From NCBI GenBank assembly GCA_965205015.1, contig OZ242029.1, forward strand, positions 1,984,001 to 2,048,000: a stretch of 64,000 bases of DNA, given 5' to 3'. The position numbers and the translations under genes were made by a program. Below are positions 29,066-37,781 of this stretch, piece by piece. Source of the stretch: Candidatus Poribacteria bacterium (GTDB taxonomy: Bacteria > Poribacteria > WGA-4E > WGA-3G). How positions within the stretch are numbered: position 1 is the stretch's first letter; every line of letters starts with the position of its first letter. The notes beneath the pieces are model-generated. The model made no database searches. It was given only the letters and a program-made list of their open reading frames with translations, and had not been told where the DNA came from.

Positions 29066-30025
29066 TTAGTAGAGGTGTGCGACATAACTGCCATAACCGT
29101 TGTAAATCACCGTTGGGTGTCTCTCATTTGTCCCAATCATCCGTTCCCTGGCTTGCGACCAGCGTGGATGTGGCACGTTAGGGTTGACGTTTGCCTCAAA
29201 ACCATATTCCCTCGGCGCGAGCGTATTCCAAAACGTCCGCGGCTTCTGATCGGTCAACTCAATACTCACAATGGATTTGATACTTTTAAATCCATATTTC
29301 CAAGGCACGATCAGCCGGATAGGTGCCCCGTGCTGCGGGGGCAAGATATGCCCATAGATGCCGACAGTGAGGAGGGTCAAGTCGTTCATTGCCTCAGCGA
29401 GCGTTAACCCTTCAAAGTAGGGCCACGGCATACGGAGATCGTTTTGTTCGGGTGCCATATCGGCATCCAAAAATGTGAGCATCCGAACGTATTTAGCTTC
29501 AGCCTTCGGTTGAACCTTTTCAAGCAACGCTTTCATCGGAAAGCCGATCCAAGGCACCACCATCGCCCACGCTTCAACGCACCGGAATCGGTAGATACGC
29601 TCTTCAAGCGGCATCTGCTTGATGAAATCGTCCACATCCAGTGTCATCGGTTTTTCGACTAATCCCGATATTTCGACTTCCCATGGACGCGTTCTGAATT
29701 TATCCACCTTTTTCCAAACAACATCTTTCCTGGTCGTAAATTCATAGTAATTGTTGTAAGTAGCGGCAATCACTTCATCAGTCATCTGTCTATTTACAGT
29801 AAAGTTTGCATTATTTTCAGCAGCGAGTTTTTGTGCACGGAAAGGCTCCAACTGCTTTTCAACCCCTTTATTCTGCGCGCACGCATTTGAACTTGAAAAG
29901 AGCAACGTCCCCGCGCCTGCTATCCCCAAATCTTTGATGAATTTTCGGCGATTGATATAATCTGACTCAGATGTTGCCTGATTTTCAGGGATTTCCCATC
30001 CCTTCGGAATTTTAATATACGCCAT
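29066..30025 (-). CDS. msrP: Protein-methionine-sulfoxide reductase catalytic subunit
   Basis: Tat RRKFIK, YNNYYEF, YRFRCVEAW, VPWKYGFKSIK, HPRWSQA. Confidence 0.95.
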   Translation of the reverse strand: MAYIKIPKGWEIPENQATSESDYINRRKFIKDLGIAGAGTLLFSSSNACAQNKGVEKQLEPFRAQKLAAENNANFTVNRQMTDEVIAATYNNYYEFTTRKDVVWKKVDKFRTRPWEVEISGLVEKPMTLDVDDFIKQMPLEERIYRFRCVEAWAMVVPWIGFPMKALLEKVQPKAEAKYVRMLTFLDADMAPEQNDLRMPWPYFEGLTLAEAMNDLTLLTVGIYGHILPPQHGAPIRLIVPWKYGFKSIKSIVSIELTDQKPRTFWNTLAPREYGFEANVNPNVPHPRWSQARERMIGTNERHPTVIYNGYGSYVAHLY

Positions 30026-30066
30026 GATATTTTCCTCCGTGTTTTGAGAGTCTGTTGCGAGTTTTT

Positions 30067-30774
30067 TCAAGATGGTGGATCTAAAAGTTCTGATCGGTTC
30101 ACAAGAAATTCAAAGCCGCACCGCTCAACTATCAATCTGACCGTTTTTGTAACCCATTCGTCAGCGTGTGGTGATACAATTACTTCGCTATTTTTACCCA
30201 TTAGCGTTTTAACGTTGATTTCAAGAGGTATGCCGAATTCATAAGGATCGTTATGTAGAAAGGGTTCAACACTAATGACCGCACGTACTTCGTGCTCATA
30301 CTCAAAAGGTGTTCTCTTATAGAAATAAGGGGAATACACCAAACTTACTATTGATGGATTTTCAGGCATCTCAATTTGATTGTGATTCTCAATGTACTCT
30401 ATTTGACCGATAAATACATCAGGTTCATCCGACAAACTATTTTTCAAATTCCCCATAGTTGTTTTGATTGCTATACCGCCATTGCGGAGGTGATATTTGT
30501 CCCACATCCCCATTGATTCCTCGTCCCCGTAATGCCAACAATTACACATAATGTAGGGCCGAAAACTGTTTGGATCAATACGGATGCCCGCGGATTCATA
30601 AAACACTATTATTGATTCCGGGATATAGCCTTCAAACTTGTCATCATACTCATCAGCTCTTGAAAAAAACAAAGATTCTGTTGCTAAAATATCGGTAAAC
30701 TTCTCAAAACTCATATATCGCCACAAAGTGGTGTCATCTTTAGGTTGTATGATGCCTTTCAGCTCTTTAGACAT
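30067..30774 (-). CDS. DUF2971-like hypothetical protein
   Basis: LWRYMSFEKF, CWH…ESMGMWDKY, KRTPFEYEHEVR. Confidence 0.65.
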   Translation of the reverse strand: MSKELKGIIQPKDDTTLWRYMSFEKFTDILATESLFFSRADEYDDKFEGYIPESIIVFYESAGIRIDPNSFRPYIMCNCWHYGDEESMGMWDKYHLRNGGIAIKTTMGNLKNSLSDEPDVFIGQIEYIENHNQIEMPENPSIVSLVYSPYFYKRTPFEYEHEVRAVISVEPFLHNDPYEFGIPLEINVKTLMGKNSEVIVSPHADEWVTKTVRLIVERCGFEFLVNRSELLDPPS

Positions 30775-30998
30775 AAAATTCTTCTTTCAAAGTGAATGTG
30801 CCAGTTCCTTATCCGTAGCGATGCCCAAGGTATGGAGTTCTTCGCAAAGAATGCTATTGGCTTTCAACATCCGGGTCAATTTAGTTTTTCTTACACCGGG
30901 TTATCCGTGGTTGAGTTTCATACAGCTTGCAAAACCGTGTCAGCTCTGATCGAGATTTTAATCATTAGTGAATGATTTGCTCTCTGATGATTTACGCT

Positions 30999-31355
30999 TC
31001 ACTTTCCTTGGAAATCTTTGAATGCCTCACGAGTTTTCAGGGCGATAGCCTCAATGGTTCCAAGATCAAGAGTCATCATATCCTGCTGTTCATAGTCACT
31101 CCTAACACTTTTGGACATCATGGCATATATGAACTTATGAGATCTGAACCAGTCATCTATATTATCTGTATCAGGAATTTCGGTTTCTACCACTCTCATT
31201 CTAACAGTGTATTTGTCAAGCGTCATAGGTAGGTCAGTCAGCAGTGTAGACTGATAACATATGGATTTGATGTCTACTAACGGCCATTTTATACCAAAAC
31301 CTTTTGATTCTTCTTTCAAAATTTTTTCAAATTTCTTCGCAAAATTAACTTTCAT
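30999..31355 (-). CDS. Hypothetical protein, low GC
   Basis: 118-aa ORF with GGAGG RBS; no recognised motif. Confidence 0.5.
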   Translation of the reverse strand: MKVNFAKKFEKILKEESKGFGIKWPLVDIKSICYQSTLLTDLPMTLDKYTVRMRVVETEIPDTDNIDDWFRSHKFIYAMMSKSVRSDYEQQDMMTLDLGTIEAIALKTREAFKDFQGK

Positions 31356-31573
31356 GATGCCCTCCGTTTTCTTGAGAGTATCCTTGATATGCTGAAACAG
31401 GATGTTGATTCCTTTATTTTTCCGCAGCGCGTTCTCTCTTGTTTTTCTATATTCCCGTCGCCTCTATATAAAAGGATAACATGCACCGGAAAGAAAATCA
31501 ATTGAGAAAAAGGGAGAGGCTCTCCAAAGTATACGACTATGAGTCTGTCCAGTCTAAAATTCAGAGTATCCCC

Positions 31574-31642
31574 GTTTGTAGTAGGGCAATTCATTGCCCG
31601 TTCTTGACCCGCGAACGTGCGATAAATCGCACGACTACGAAC
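31574..31642. repeat. REP doublet (REPIN-like)
   Basis: GTTTGTAGTAGGGCAATTCATTGCCCGTTC…GAACGTGCGATAAATCGCACGACTACGAAC: two inverted GTAG-flanked palindromes. Confidence 0.7.
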
Positions 31643-31660
31643 TAATTTATCTACAATTAT

Positions 31661-31753
31661 CCGAGTTGCTACCTAATAGGTTTGAACGTTTAAACACAGA
31701 TTTTTCGAGGAAAGGTGCCTCTTTACACCTCGTAGCGGTGATATGTCTATAGA
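31661..31753 (+). repeat. Dispersed non-coding element, copy 1
   Basis: Begins CCGAGTTGCTACCTA, ends CACCTCGTAGCGGTGATATGTCTATAGA; both ends recur at 62203-62350. Confidence 0.55.
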
Positions 31754-31912
31754 AAATGCCGTATTTTCAAGGAATTGGTACTTCCGCTTTGAGAGTTGTT
31801 CTTCGCTGAGGTTATGTCGCCGACACAGTTCTGCTTGGGAACTTTCACCACGGAGTGCCTCAATGACAACTTCAGCTTTAAACTCGAGAATGAATCTTCT
31901 TCGTTTCGCCAT
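31754..31912 (-). mobile_element. IS3-family OrfA (HTH_Tnp_1) transposase remnant
   Basis: MAKRRRFILEFKAEVVIEALRGESSQAELCRRHNLS…; truncated, no integrase domain. Confidence 0.8.
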
Positions 31913-32016
31913 CAGAGACTCCTTTAGATAACTGTTACCTACCAAATGTTACACGGGTGTAACATTTTAACGGGATAATTTGCTAATATGTTATATTTAT
32001 TTCAACAAAACAATCT

Positions 32017-32227
32017 TTTCACAGTAAACCCAAAAATCAGAAAATTCCCAAAGTGGCTCTAAACCCACACTGTGACTGGGTTTTCAAGGGATCGGAATCG
32101 AGTCCCAATTTTAAAATTTCACAGTAAACGCCAAAAAATGCAAGACGCGCCAAATGCCTCTCATCCTACACCACACCTATGTTTTGAAAGGGTTACAAAG
32201 ACCATTTTGCAAACGCTTACTGTGAAA
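32017..32227. repeat. Element with three TTTCACAGTAARC boxes about 100 bp apart (direct, direct, inverted)
   Basis: Boxes at 32017-32029, 32117-32130 and inverted at 32214-32227. Confidence 0.7.
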
Positions 32228-32291
32228 CTTTCATATCTTTGAAGTAATTTCCAATACCCAACCTACTTAAATTGGCTGTCTGCTTTTTTTT

Positions 32292-32321
32292 TTGCAACTT
32301 TTTTTGATTTTGGTGTATAAT
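32292..32321 (+). promoter_or_regulatory. sigma70-type promoter of the metal locus
   Basis: TTGCAA-18 bp-TATAAT. Confidence 0.6.
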
Positions 32322-32381
32322 ATCCTAAAGTATTTCATTCGGTTTCCACTTTCTGACGAAAACAGCGGAGTTTATTGAACC

Positions 32382-32822
32382 GTGTTACAAAAACATCGGT
32401 ACATTCTCATTCTACTCATGGGACTCTTGTACGTGTATTCGGTATGTCCGTTTCTATGTGCAACTTTAGATCAAAAGTCCTGCCACGACGCACCTCAAAG
32501 AATCCTGAGTGGGGATACCGATCCCCAATCAACCTGCTGCCAAAGCACCAAACCAAGCACAGCGGGTGAAGCCGAAACTCCATCAGGGAGTGATAATTCG
32601 TGCTGCTCAAAAGGTTTAGAACTTGTTCTTCCAGACGATAGATACAACACGCACGAATCCCGTGAATCGATTGAACAGTCTCTCGTCTCAATCCTCCCAA
32701 TCTCAGCAACTTTACCTGTTACACCTTGGGAATCCCTCAAGAATTCCCCCGCACCGCTAACCTCCACATTTTTCCCCGACCACGCTCTATCCCATAGAGG
32801 TCCTCCGTTTATCCAGTGCTAA
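32382..32822 (+). CDS. Cys-rich exported leader protein with C-terminal RGPP motif (DUF2946/CruR-like)
   Basis: Hydrophobic N-terminus; CPFLC, SCH, TCC, SCC; ends HRGPPFIQC. Confidence 0.7.
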   Translation: MLQKHRYILILLMGLLYVYSVCPFLCATLDQKSCHDAPQRILSGDTDPQSTCCQSTKPSTAGEAETPSGSDNSCCSKGLELVLPDDRYNTHESRESIEQSLVSILPISATLPVTPWESLKNSPAPLTSTFFPDHALSHRGPPFIQC

Positions 32823-32940
32823 GTGAGTTCCACAAGATATCTTAAGCACTATCGTATTCCTTGATCCCATTACTTTTTTCAGAGTGTTTTCCCGAGCCTT
32901 CTTTTTATGAAGGTTGGCAAGGAGAATTCTTAATAAACCT

Positions 32941-32976
32941 GTCGCGCGGGGTTTCGTGTCTCGCCGCGCGACTTTC
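32941..32976 (+). terminator. GC-rich hairpin just upstream of the barrel gene, possible attenuator
   Basis: GTCGCGCGG…CCGCGCGAC followed by TTTC (short U tract). Confidence 0.45.
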
Positions 32977-32996
32977 AAATAAGAGAAATTAAAATT

Positions 32997-34046
32997 ATGA
33001 AAATCCGTCTGTTTTTATGCACACTGTTGTTCACTTCGGTATTTATCTCTTTCGGGTTCGCACAAGAAAGTTGTCCCGCTTGAAGTAACCCCGTCTTACC
33101 GCCCAGCGGTCTGATGAATGAAGTCAGTTTGGCTTCACAAGAGATAGATCAGTTTCGAGTGAATATCAATATGTTAGTGTCCCCCGACGCACAAGGTGGA
33201 CATCTTGAATCAAGGGGACTTTCACCAACAGGAAAAGTTATCGACACTCCTTTACATAGACACCGTGTAGGGTTGAGCACTTACCGGATTGATGTTGGGG
33301 TCCAATACTTGCTGAGCGATCGGTGGACGTTGCGAGCAAACATTCCGTATGCCGTCAAAGACCAGGACGCAAGTATTGAGTGGATTGATTCAGTAACTCC
33401 TGAAGATAGGCAAGCGATCTTGCGGAGTCGGGATATCCATCATCGAGATGAAACCTACGCCGGACTTACGGATTCAGATCTGTTTTTGGGTTATAAAATG
33501 CGTGGACTCTTTAAAACCGATGACCTACTGTTTGCGCGGTTGGGCACCACAATTCCGATTGGCAAAACCGAGGAAAATCCTTGGAAACTCGGAGATGCGG
33601 GCATTGAGCATCTCCATATCCAGTTCGGGACCGGCACCTTTAACCCAATTGCCAACTTGCAATACAGTTTACCGCTCTACCGAGGTCTGACGATTATGGC
33701 TTCTACACGTGGAACGTTTCCGTTCTATGAGAACAGCAAGACGTATCGAGGTTCAGTAGAGTTAACTTACACAGCTGGCTTTATGTATCGCCTTTCGGAT
33801 TGGTTTTCATTTAACGGGAACTATCTCGGATTTTATCAATCCCCTGCCGCTTGGGCTGGGGAGCGGGACATCAACACAGGGATGCGTTATAGCATGGCAG
33901 CACTCGGTATGTCCATAGTAACGCTAAACGACATTTCCGTGTCTGCCAATGTCATGTTTCCGCTGACGCAAGAAACCCTTTACGATGGCGGCGACGCAAT
34001 TGAATTTGGAACTTTGGTCTCTTTGGCAACAACCTATTCATTTTAA
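32997..34046 (+). CDS. Outer-membrane beta-barrel with N-terminal C-P-A-U motif; candidate selenoprotein (TGA at 33081-33083)
   Basis: ATG 32997 is in frame with the 33114 ORF: MKIRLFLCTLLFTSVFISFGFA-QESCPA*SNPVLPPSGLMNEV…; barrel features IPIGK, QFGTGT and terminal YSF. Confidence 0.75.
33092..33116 (+). promoter_or_regulatory. Candidate bacterial SECIS hairpin
   Basis: CGTC-tt-ACCGC-cca-GCGGT-ct-GATG starting 8 nt after the TGA; the apical loop lacks the usual G. Confidence 0.4.
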
Positions 34047-34058
34047 AAGGAGAAAAAA

Positions 34059-34688
34059 ATGAAAATGAAATTGACACGGCGAATCCTCGCCTCTTTCATA
34101 GCAATTACAACCGTGCTACTGTTCTCAATCCTTTCACTTAAGGCAGAGAACGCACACAAACACGATAAAACCCATCAGCACGGTGATCACGCAGCTGCTG
34201 GTGAAAAAGTGCGTTGCACATTTAGTGGCATGATGATGAAACCTTCAGCGATGGTCAAAGTCGAACAGGACGGAAAAGCCTACTATTTCTGCAACGACAT
34301 GCAGGCAGAGATGTTCAAGGCGAATCCTGATAAGTACCTCCAGACAATTTCAGTGGGAAATTTGACATTCGATCTCAACGTGCTAACGACAGATGCATAC
34401 AAGATGATGATGTCTCACATGGGAATGGGAGGCATGATAAAAACTGACGAGATTCAGGGAAAAACGCACTATTTCAGTGTGTACCCGACGCAAGATCATG
34501 GGGAGATTGCGTTAGGTGATGTTAAACTCGCCATTCAGGTTACCAATGCCGAAGGGGAAACGAGGATGGCATTACTCAAATATAGCAAAATGACGCGGAC
34601 CTATGAGGGGTTCATTGTTATACCAAAGGGTGAGAAACACGAGGTGCGCATTCGGGTAACCAGCCCAGCTGTCAAAATTTTGCTTTAA
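34059..34688 (+). CDS. Periplasmic His/Met-rich YHS-domain protein
   Basis: Signal peptide, HKHDKTHQHGDH, CTFSGM…DGKAYYFC…FKANPDKY, MMMSHMGMGGM. Confidence 0.8.
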   Translation: MKMKLTRRILASFIAITTVLLFSILSLKAENAHKHDKTHQHGDHAAAGEKVRCTFSGMMMKPSAMVKVEQDGKAYYFCNDMQAEMFKANPDKYLQTISVGNLTFDLNVLTTDAYKMMMSHMGMGGMIKTDEIQGKTHYFSVYPTQDHGEIALGDVKLAIQVTNAEGETRMALLKYSKMTRTYEGFIVIPKGEKHEVRIRVTSPAVKILL

Positions 34689-34690
34689 GG

Positions 34691-34830
34691 GTTGTCAATT
34701 GTCGGTTATCAGTTATCGGTCAAAGAGGGCTCTGATAGCAATCTTCCCCACCTTGGAATACGCCAGCGCGCGGTAAATTGTTACAGAGCAGCTTCTTAAC
34801 TGACGACTGACAACTGATAACTGACGACTA
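34691..34830. repeat. Element with inverted arrays of 7-bp repeats
   Basis: GTTGTCA-ATTGTCG-GTTATCA-GTTATCG…CTGACGA-CTGACAA-CTGATAA-CTGACGA. Confidence 0.75.
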
Positions 34831-34847
34831 TTAACAAGGAGACCATA

Positions 34848-36200
34848 ATGCGTACAGTCAGGCTACGCCATCAAGTGACGGCAATTGTTATCGGCAGCAT
34901 GCTGGTGTTGGGTGTTCTGATGCAAACGGAAGCACATGGAATCACTCAGACAACACCAACGCCAGAACAAACCGATACGACAACCCTATTTGCTGAAACC
35001 CTTGAACTGCCGAATCTAATTCAGGTCGCTGTCGATCGGAATCCTAAAGTTAAAGCCGCAAAGGCACGGTGGCAGGCGACGATTGAGCAGTACCCACAAG
35101 TGACAGCATTGCCCGATCCGATGTTCATGTATGGCTATTTCTTACGGAGCGTGGAGACGCGAGTGGGACCGCAACGGCATCGGGTTAGCTTTTCACAAGC
35201 GTTTCCATACCCGGGCACCCTTGATGCAGCCGGACAGGTCGTCAAAAAAGCGATCGAAATTGAACGCGTGAAGCACGAGCAGGTAATACGGAATCTCATT
35301 GTTGAACTGAAACTGAGTTACCACGAGTTAGCGTATCTCCAGCGGGCAGTCGAACTGACACGACAAAACCATCAACTGATAGCCTCTATTCTCGCGATTG
35401 CCACAACTCGTTATGCCGAAGGGGAAGCGATACTCAATGATGTATTGAAGGCACAAAGTCAACTCGCTCAGTTAGAATACGATCTCGTCCTGCTGGAGGA
35501 ATTGCAGCGCGTTGAACATGCGAACATCAATGGAATCCTGTCTGTTCCTTCAACAACGCCGCTTGGCGCAACGGCACCTGTTGCCTATGAACCGCTTGAT
35601 GTGACGTTAGCCGATATTGAAAAACAGGCACTATCAAAGCGACAGGAGTTGCGAATTGCAGCGCTAACCATCGAAAAAGCCACCAAAGGGATTGTCCTTG
35701 CTGAACTCCAAACGAAACCCATGCTTAAGTTTGACTTAATGACAGTCGAAACGGGTAAAGCCTTGATGTTCGACACACCCGGCAGTGGTAAAAACCCATT
35801 TAGCATCGGGTTTGGTGTGACAATTCCGTGGTCAAGTTTGAAGAACAGCAGCAAAGTTCGCGAGGCGCAGCAAAACCGTGAGACTGTCACAGCGAACAAG
35901 CGCGCCTTGGAGGACGAAACGAAGGTTACCCTCCAAAAGATTTATTTTCGCCTTGAAAACGCGCGGCGGCTGATCGATCTCTATGAGACGACACTCATTC
36001 CGCAGGCGGGTGCTGCTATTGAGGTGGCGGAGACATGGCATCAAGAGGGACCCAAAAGCATAGCCGGATTCCTTGAGACGCAGAGTGTTTGGTTGAATTT
36101 TAATCTTGCTCGCCTACGTGCGATGGCAGACTATCAACAGAATGTAGCTCGATTGGAACGTCTGGTTGGGGGAAGGATCGATGATTCACAGAACCCTTAA
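34848..36200 (+). CDS. TolC/CusC family outer-membrane efflux protein
   Basis: AVDRNPKV, LPDP, SQAFPYPG, LIPQA, ARLERLVG. Confidence 0.9.
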   Translation: MRTVRLRHQVTAIVIGSMLVLGVLMQTEAHGITQTTPTPEQTDTTTLFAETLELPNLIQVAVDRNPKVKAAKARWQATIEQYPQVTALPDPMFMYGYFLRSVETRVGPQRHRVSFSQAFPYPGTLDAAGQVVKKAIEIERVKHEQVIRNLIVELKLSYHELAYLQRAVELTRQNHQLIASILAIATTRYAEGEAILNDVLKAQSQLAQLEYDLVLLEELQRVEHANINGILSVPSTTPLGATAPVAYEPLDVTLADIEKQALSKRQELRIAALTIEKATKGIVLAELQTKPMLKFDLMTVETGKALMFDTPGSGKNPFSIGFGVTIPWSSLKNSSKVREAQQNRETVTANKRALEDETKVTLQKIYFRLENARRLIDLYETTLIPQAGAAIEVAETWHQEGPKSIAGFLETQSVWLNFNLARLRAMADYQQNVARLERLVGGRIDDSQNP

Positions 36201-37758
36201 AATCGGTCTCATAGTGCTCACTGTTTTGGTAGGCGGGTGTGCCAGTCAGCGACTGGAAACCTACCAAGAGTTACGTAGCACTGAGATACAACGACCGGCA
36301 TATTACTATACCGAAGTCGAAACAGAGGTTTCCGATACGGAAAGCGAATCGACCGTGGAAACAGACCCATTTCTCAGCGAGATTGAAGCGAAGGTGTTGA
36401 AATACCAGAAACAGTGGCAAGCGCAATTGGAGAGTGAAACACCAGTACCCAATCTGTTTTACGATTTTTCAACGGACACCATGAAGGCACATCGACGATT
36501 GGCAGCATCACCGGAAGCAGCGAGAACCCAGCTTGCCCAACCTATTGTGCTGGAACTCCTCATAGCACTTGGATATGAATGGAACCCAGGTTTGAAAGCT
36601 GCCCATGAAAAAATTCGAGCGGTGCTGGAGCAGTATCCGCAAGCTGTTTACTTAGAAAATGTGTTACGTCAGTATAACGCTTTCACAAAACAACTGGATA
36701 CAAAAGTGGGACCGTTGACCCATAAAGAGATGACGGCAATGAAATTTCCGTTTCCAGGGACCTTGGCGTTGAAAGGGCAAGTTATTACTGAAGATGTGCG
36801 AATCGCCAAAAAAGAGTTCGAGATCGCATTACGGGATTTGGTGACCGAGATTAAGCTAGCTTACTACGATTATCTTTTTCTTACTGAGACAACCCATATT
36901 AACGAAGAAAATCAGGAACTACTAAAGCAGATGATTGCTATTGCGCAGGCGAAGTTTCGTGTTGGACAGGGCAAATATTCAAACCTCATTATGGCGCAGG
37001 TGGAATTAGCGAAATTGGCAGATGCAATTATTACACTTGAACAACAACGAGAAACTGTTATGGCACGCATTAATACATTGTTAAATAGTGCTGTGGATTT
37101 GCCATTAGGGGACCCTATGCCCGTTGAAGAAGATCGCGTGACACCTACTTTAACTGAGTTGTATGCGTTAGCAATTAAGAATCGTCAGGAGATTCAAAAA
37201 CAGAAATTGGCAATCAGTAAGATGGCTTTGGTTGTGGAGATGGCAAAGCAAATGACATATCCTGACCCGACGCTCGGGGCAAGTTACTTTGAAAATCGGA
37301 GCATGCCTGACTTGAAACACACACAAAAAATGCCGAGCACTTTTATGGCGCAACGTACATTAAATGCAAAGAATACAGCAGGGTTCGGACACCGAAATTC
37401 GTATATCCATGAAATGGGTGTAAAGATTGAGGCGATGGAGCACCAAATTGAGAAACTCGAAAGCGATCTCCGCTTTGTTGTGAAAAAACATCATTTTGGA
37501 ATGGAGACAGCAAATCGGAGTATTCGCCTTTATCGTCAGACACTACTTCCGCAAGCACAGCAGGCGTTGAGTGCCGCGAATACAGCGTATCAAGCGGCGC
37601 AAATTGACTTTTTGAGTTTCCTGGATGCCCAACGCACTTTATTAAATTTGAGGATTGAAGAGCAGCGGGCGCTGCGTGATTACCGCCAACACCTTGCACA
37701 GTTAGAACAGGCAGTTGGTATGATATTGCCCAAACAACCATTGATCCGAGGTTTTTAA
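36181..37758 (+). CDS. Second TolC/CusC family protein, lipoprotein
   Basis: VGGC lipobox, KFPFPG, LLPQAQQAL…YQAAQIDFLSFLDAQ; overlaps the previous gene by 20 nt. Confidence 0.9.
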   Translation: MIHRTLKIGLIVLTVLVGGCASQRLETYQELRSTEIQRPAYYYTEVETEVSDTESESTVETDPFLSEIEAKVLKYQKQWQAQLESETPVPNLFYDFSTDTMKAHRRLAASPEAARTQLAQPIVLELLIALGYEWNPGLKAAHEKIRAVLEQYPQAVYLENVLRQYNAFTKQLDTKVGPLTHKEMTAMKFPFPGTLALKGQVITEDVRIAKKEFEIALRDLVTEIKLAYYDYLFLTETTHINEENQELLKQMIAIAQAKFRVGQGKYSNLIMAQVELAKLADAIITLEQQRETVMARINTLLNSAVDLPLGDPMPVEEDRVTPTLTELYALAIKNRQEIQKQKLAISKMALVVEMAKQMTYPDPTLGASYFENRSMPDLKHTQKMPSTFMAQRTLNAKNTAGFGHRNSYIHEMGVKIEAMEHQIEKLESDLRFVVKKHHFGMETANRSIRLYRQTLLPQAQQALSAANTAYQAAQIDFLSFLDAQRTLLNLRIEEQRALRDYRQHLAQLEQAVGMILPKQPLIRGF

Positions 37759-37781
37759 TCCATTGAAAAGGAGTTCACAAA

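Noticed and set aside
31352-31594. 80-aa ORF
   Set aside because: It starts inside a REP element and has no coding signature.
32017-32227. CRISPR array
   Set aside because: Repeats are only 13-14 bp, spacing is ~100 bp, the third copy is inverted and there are no cas genes.
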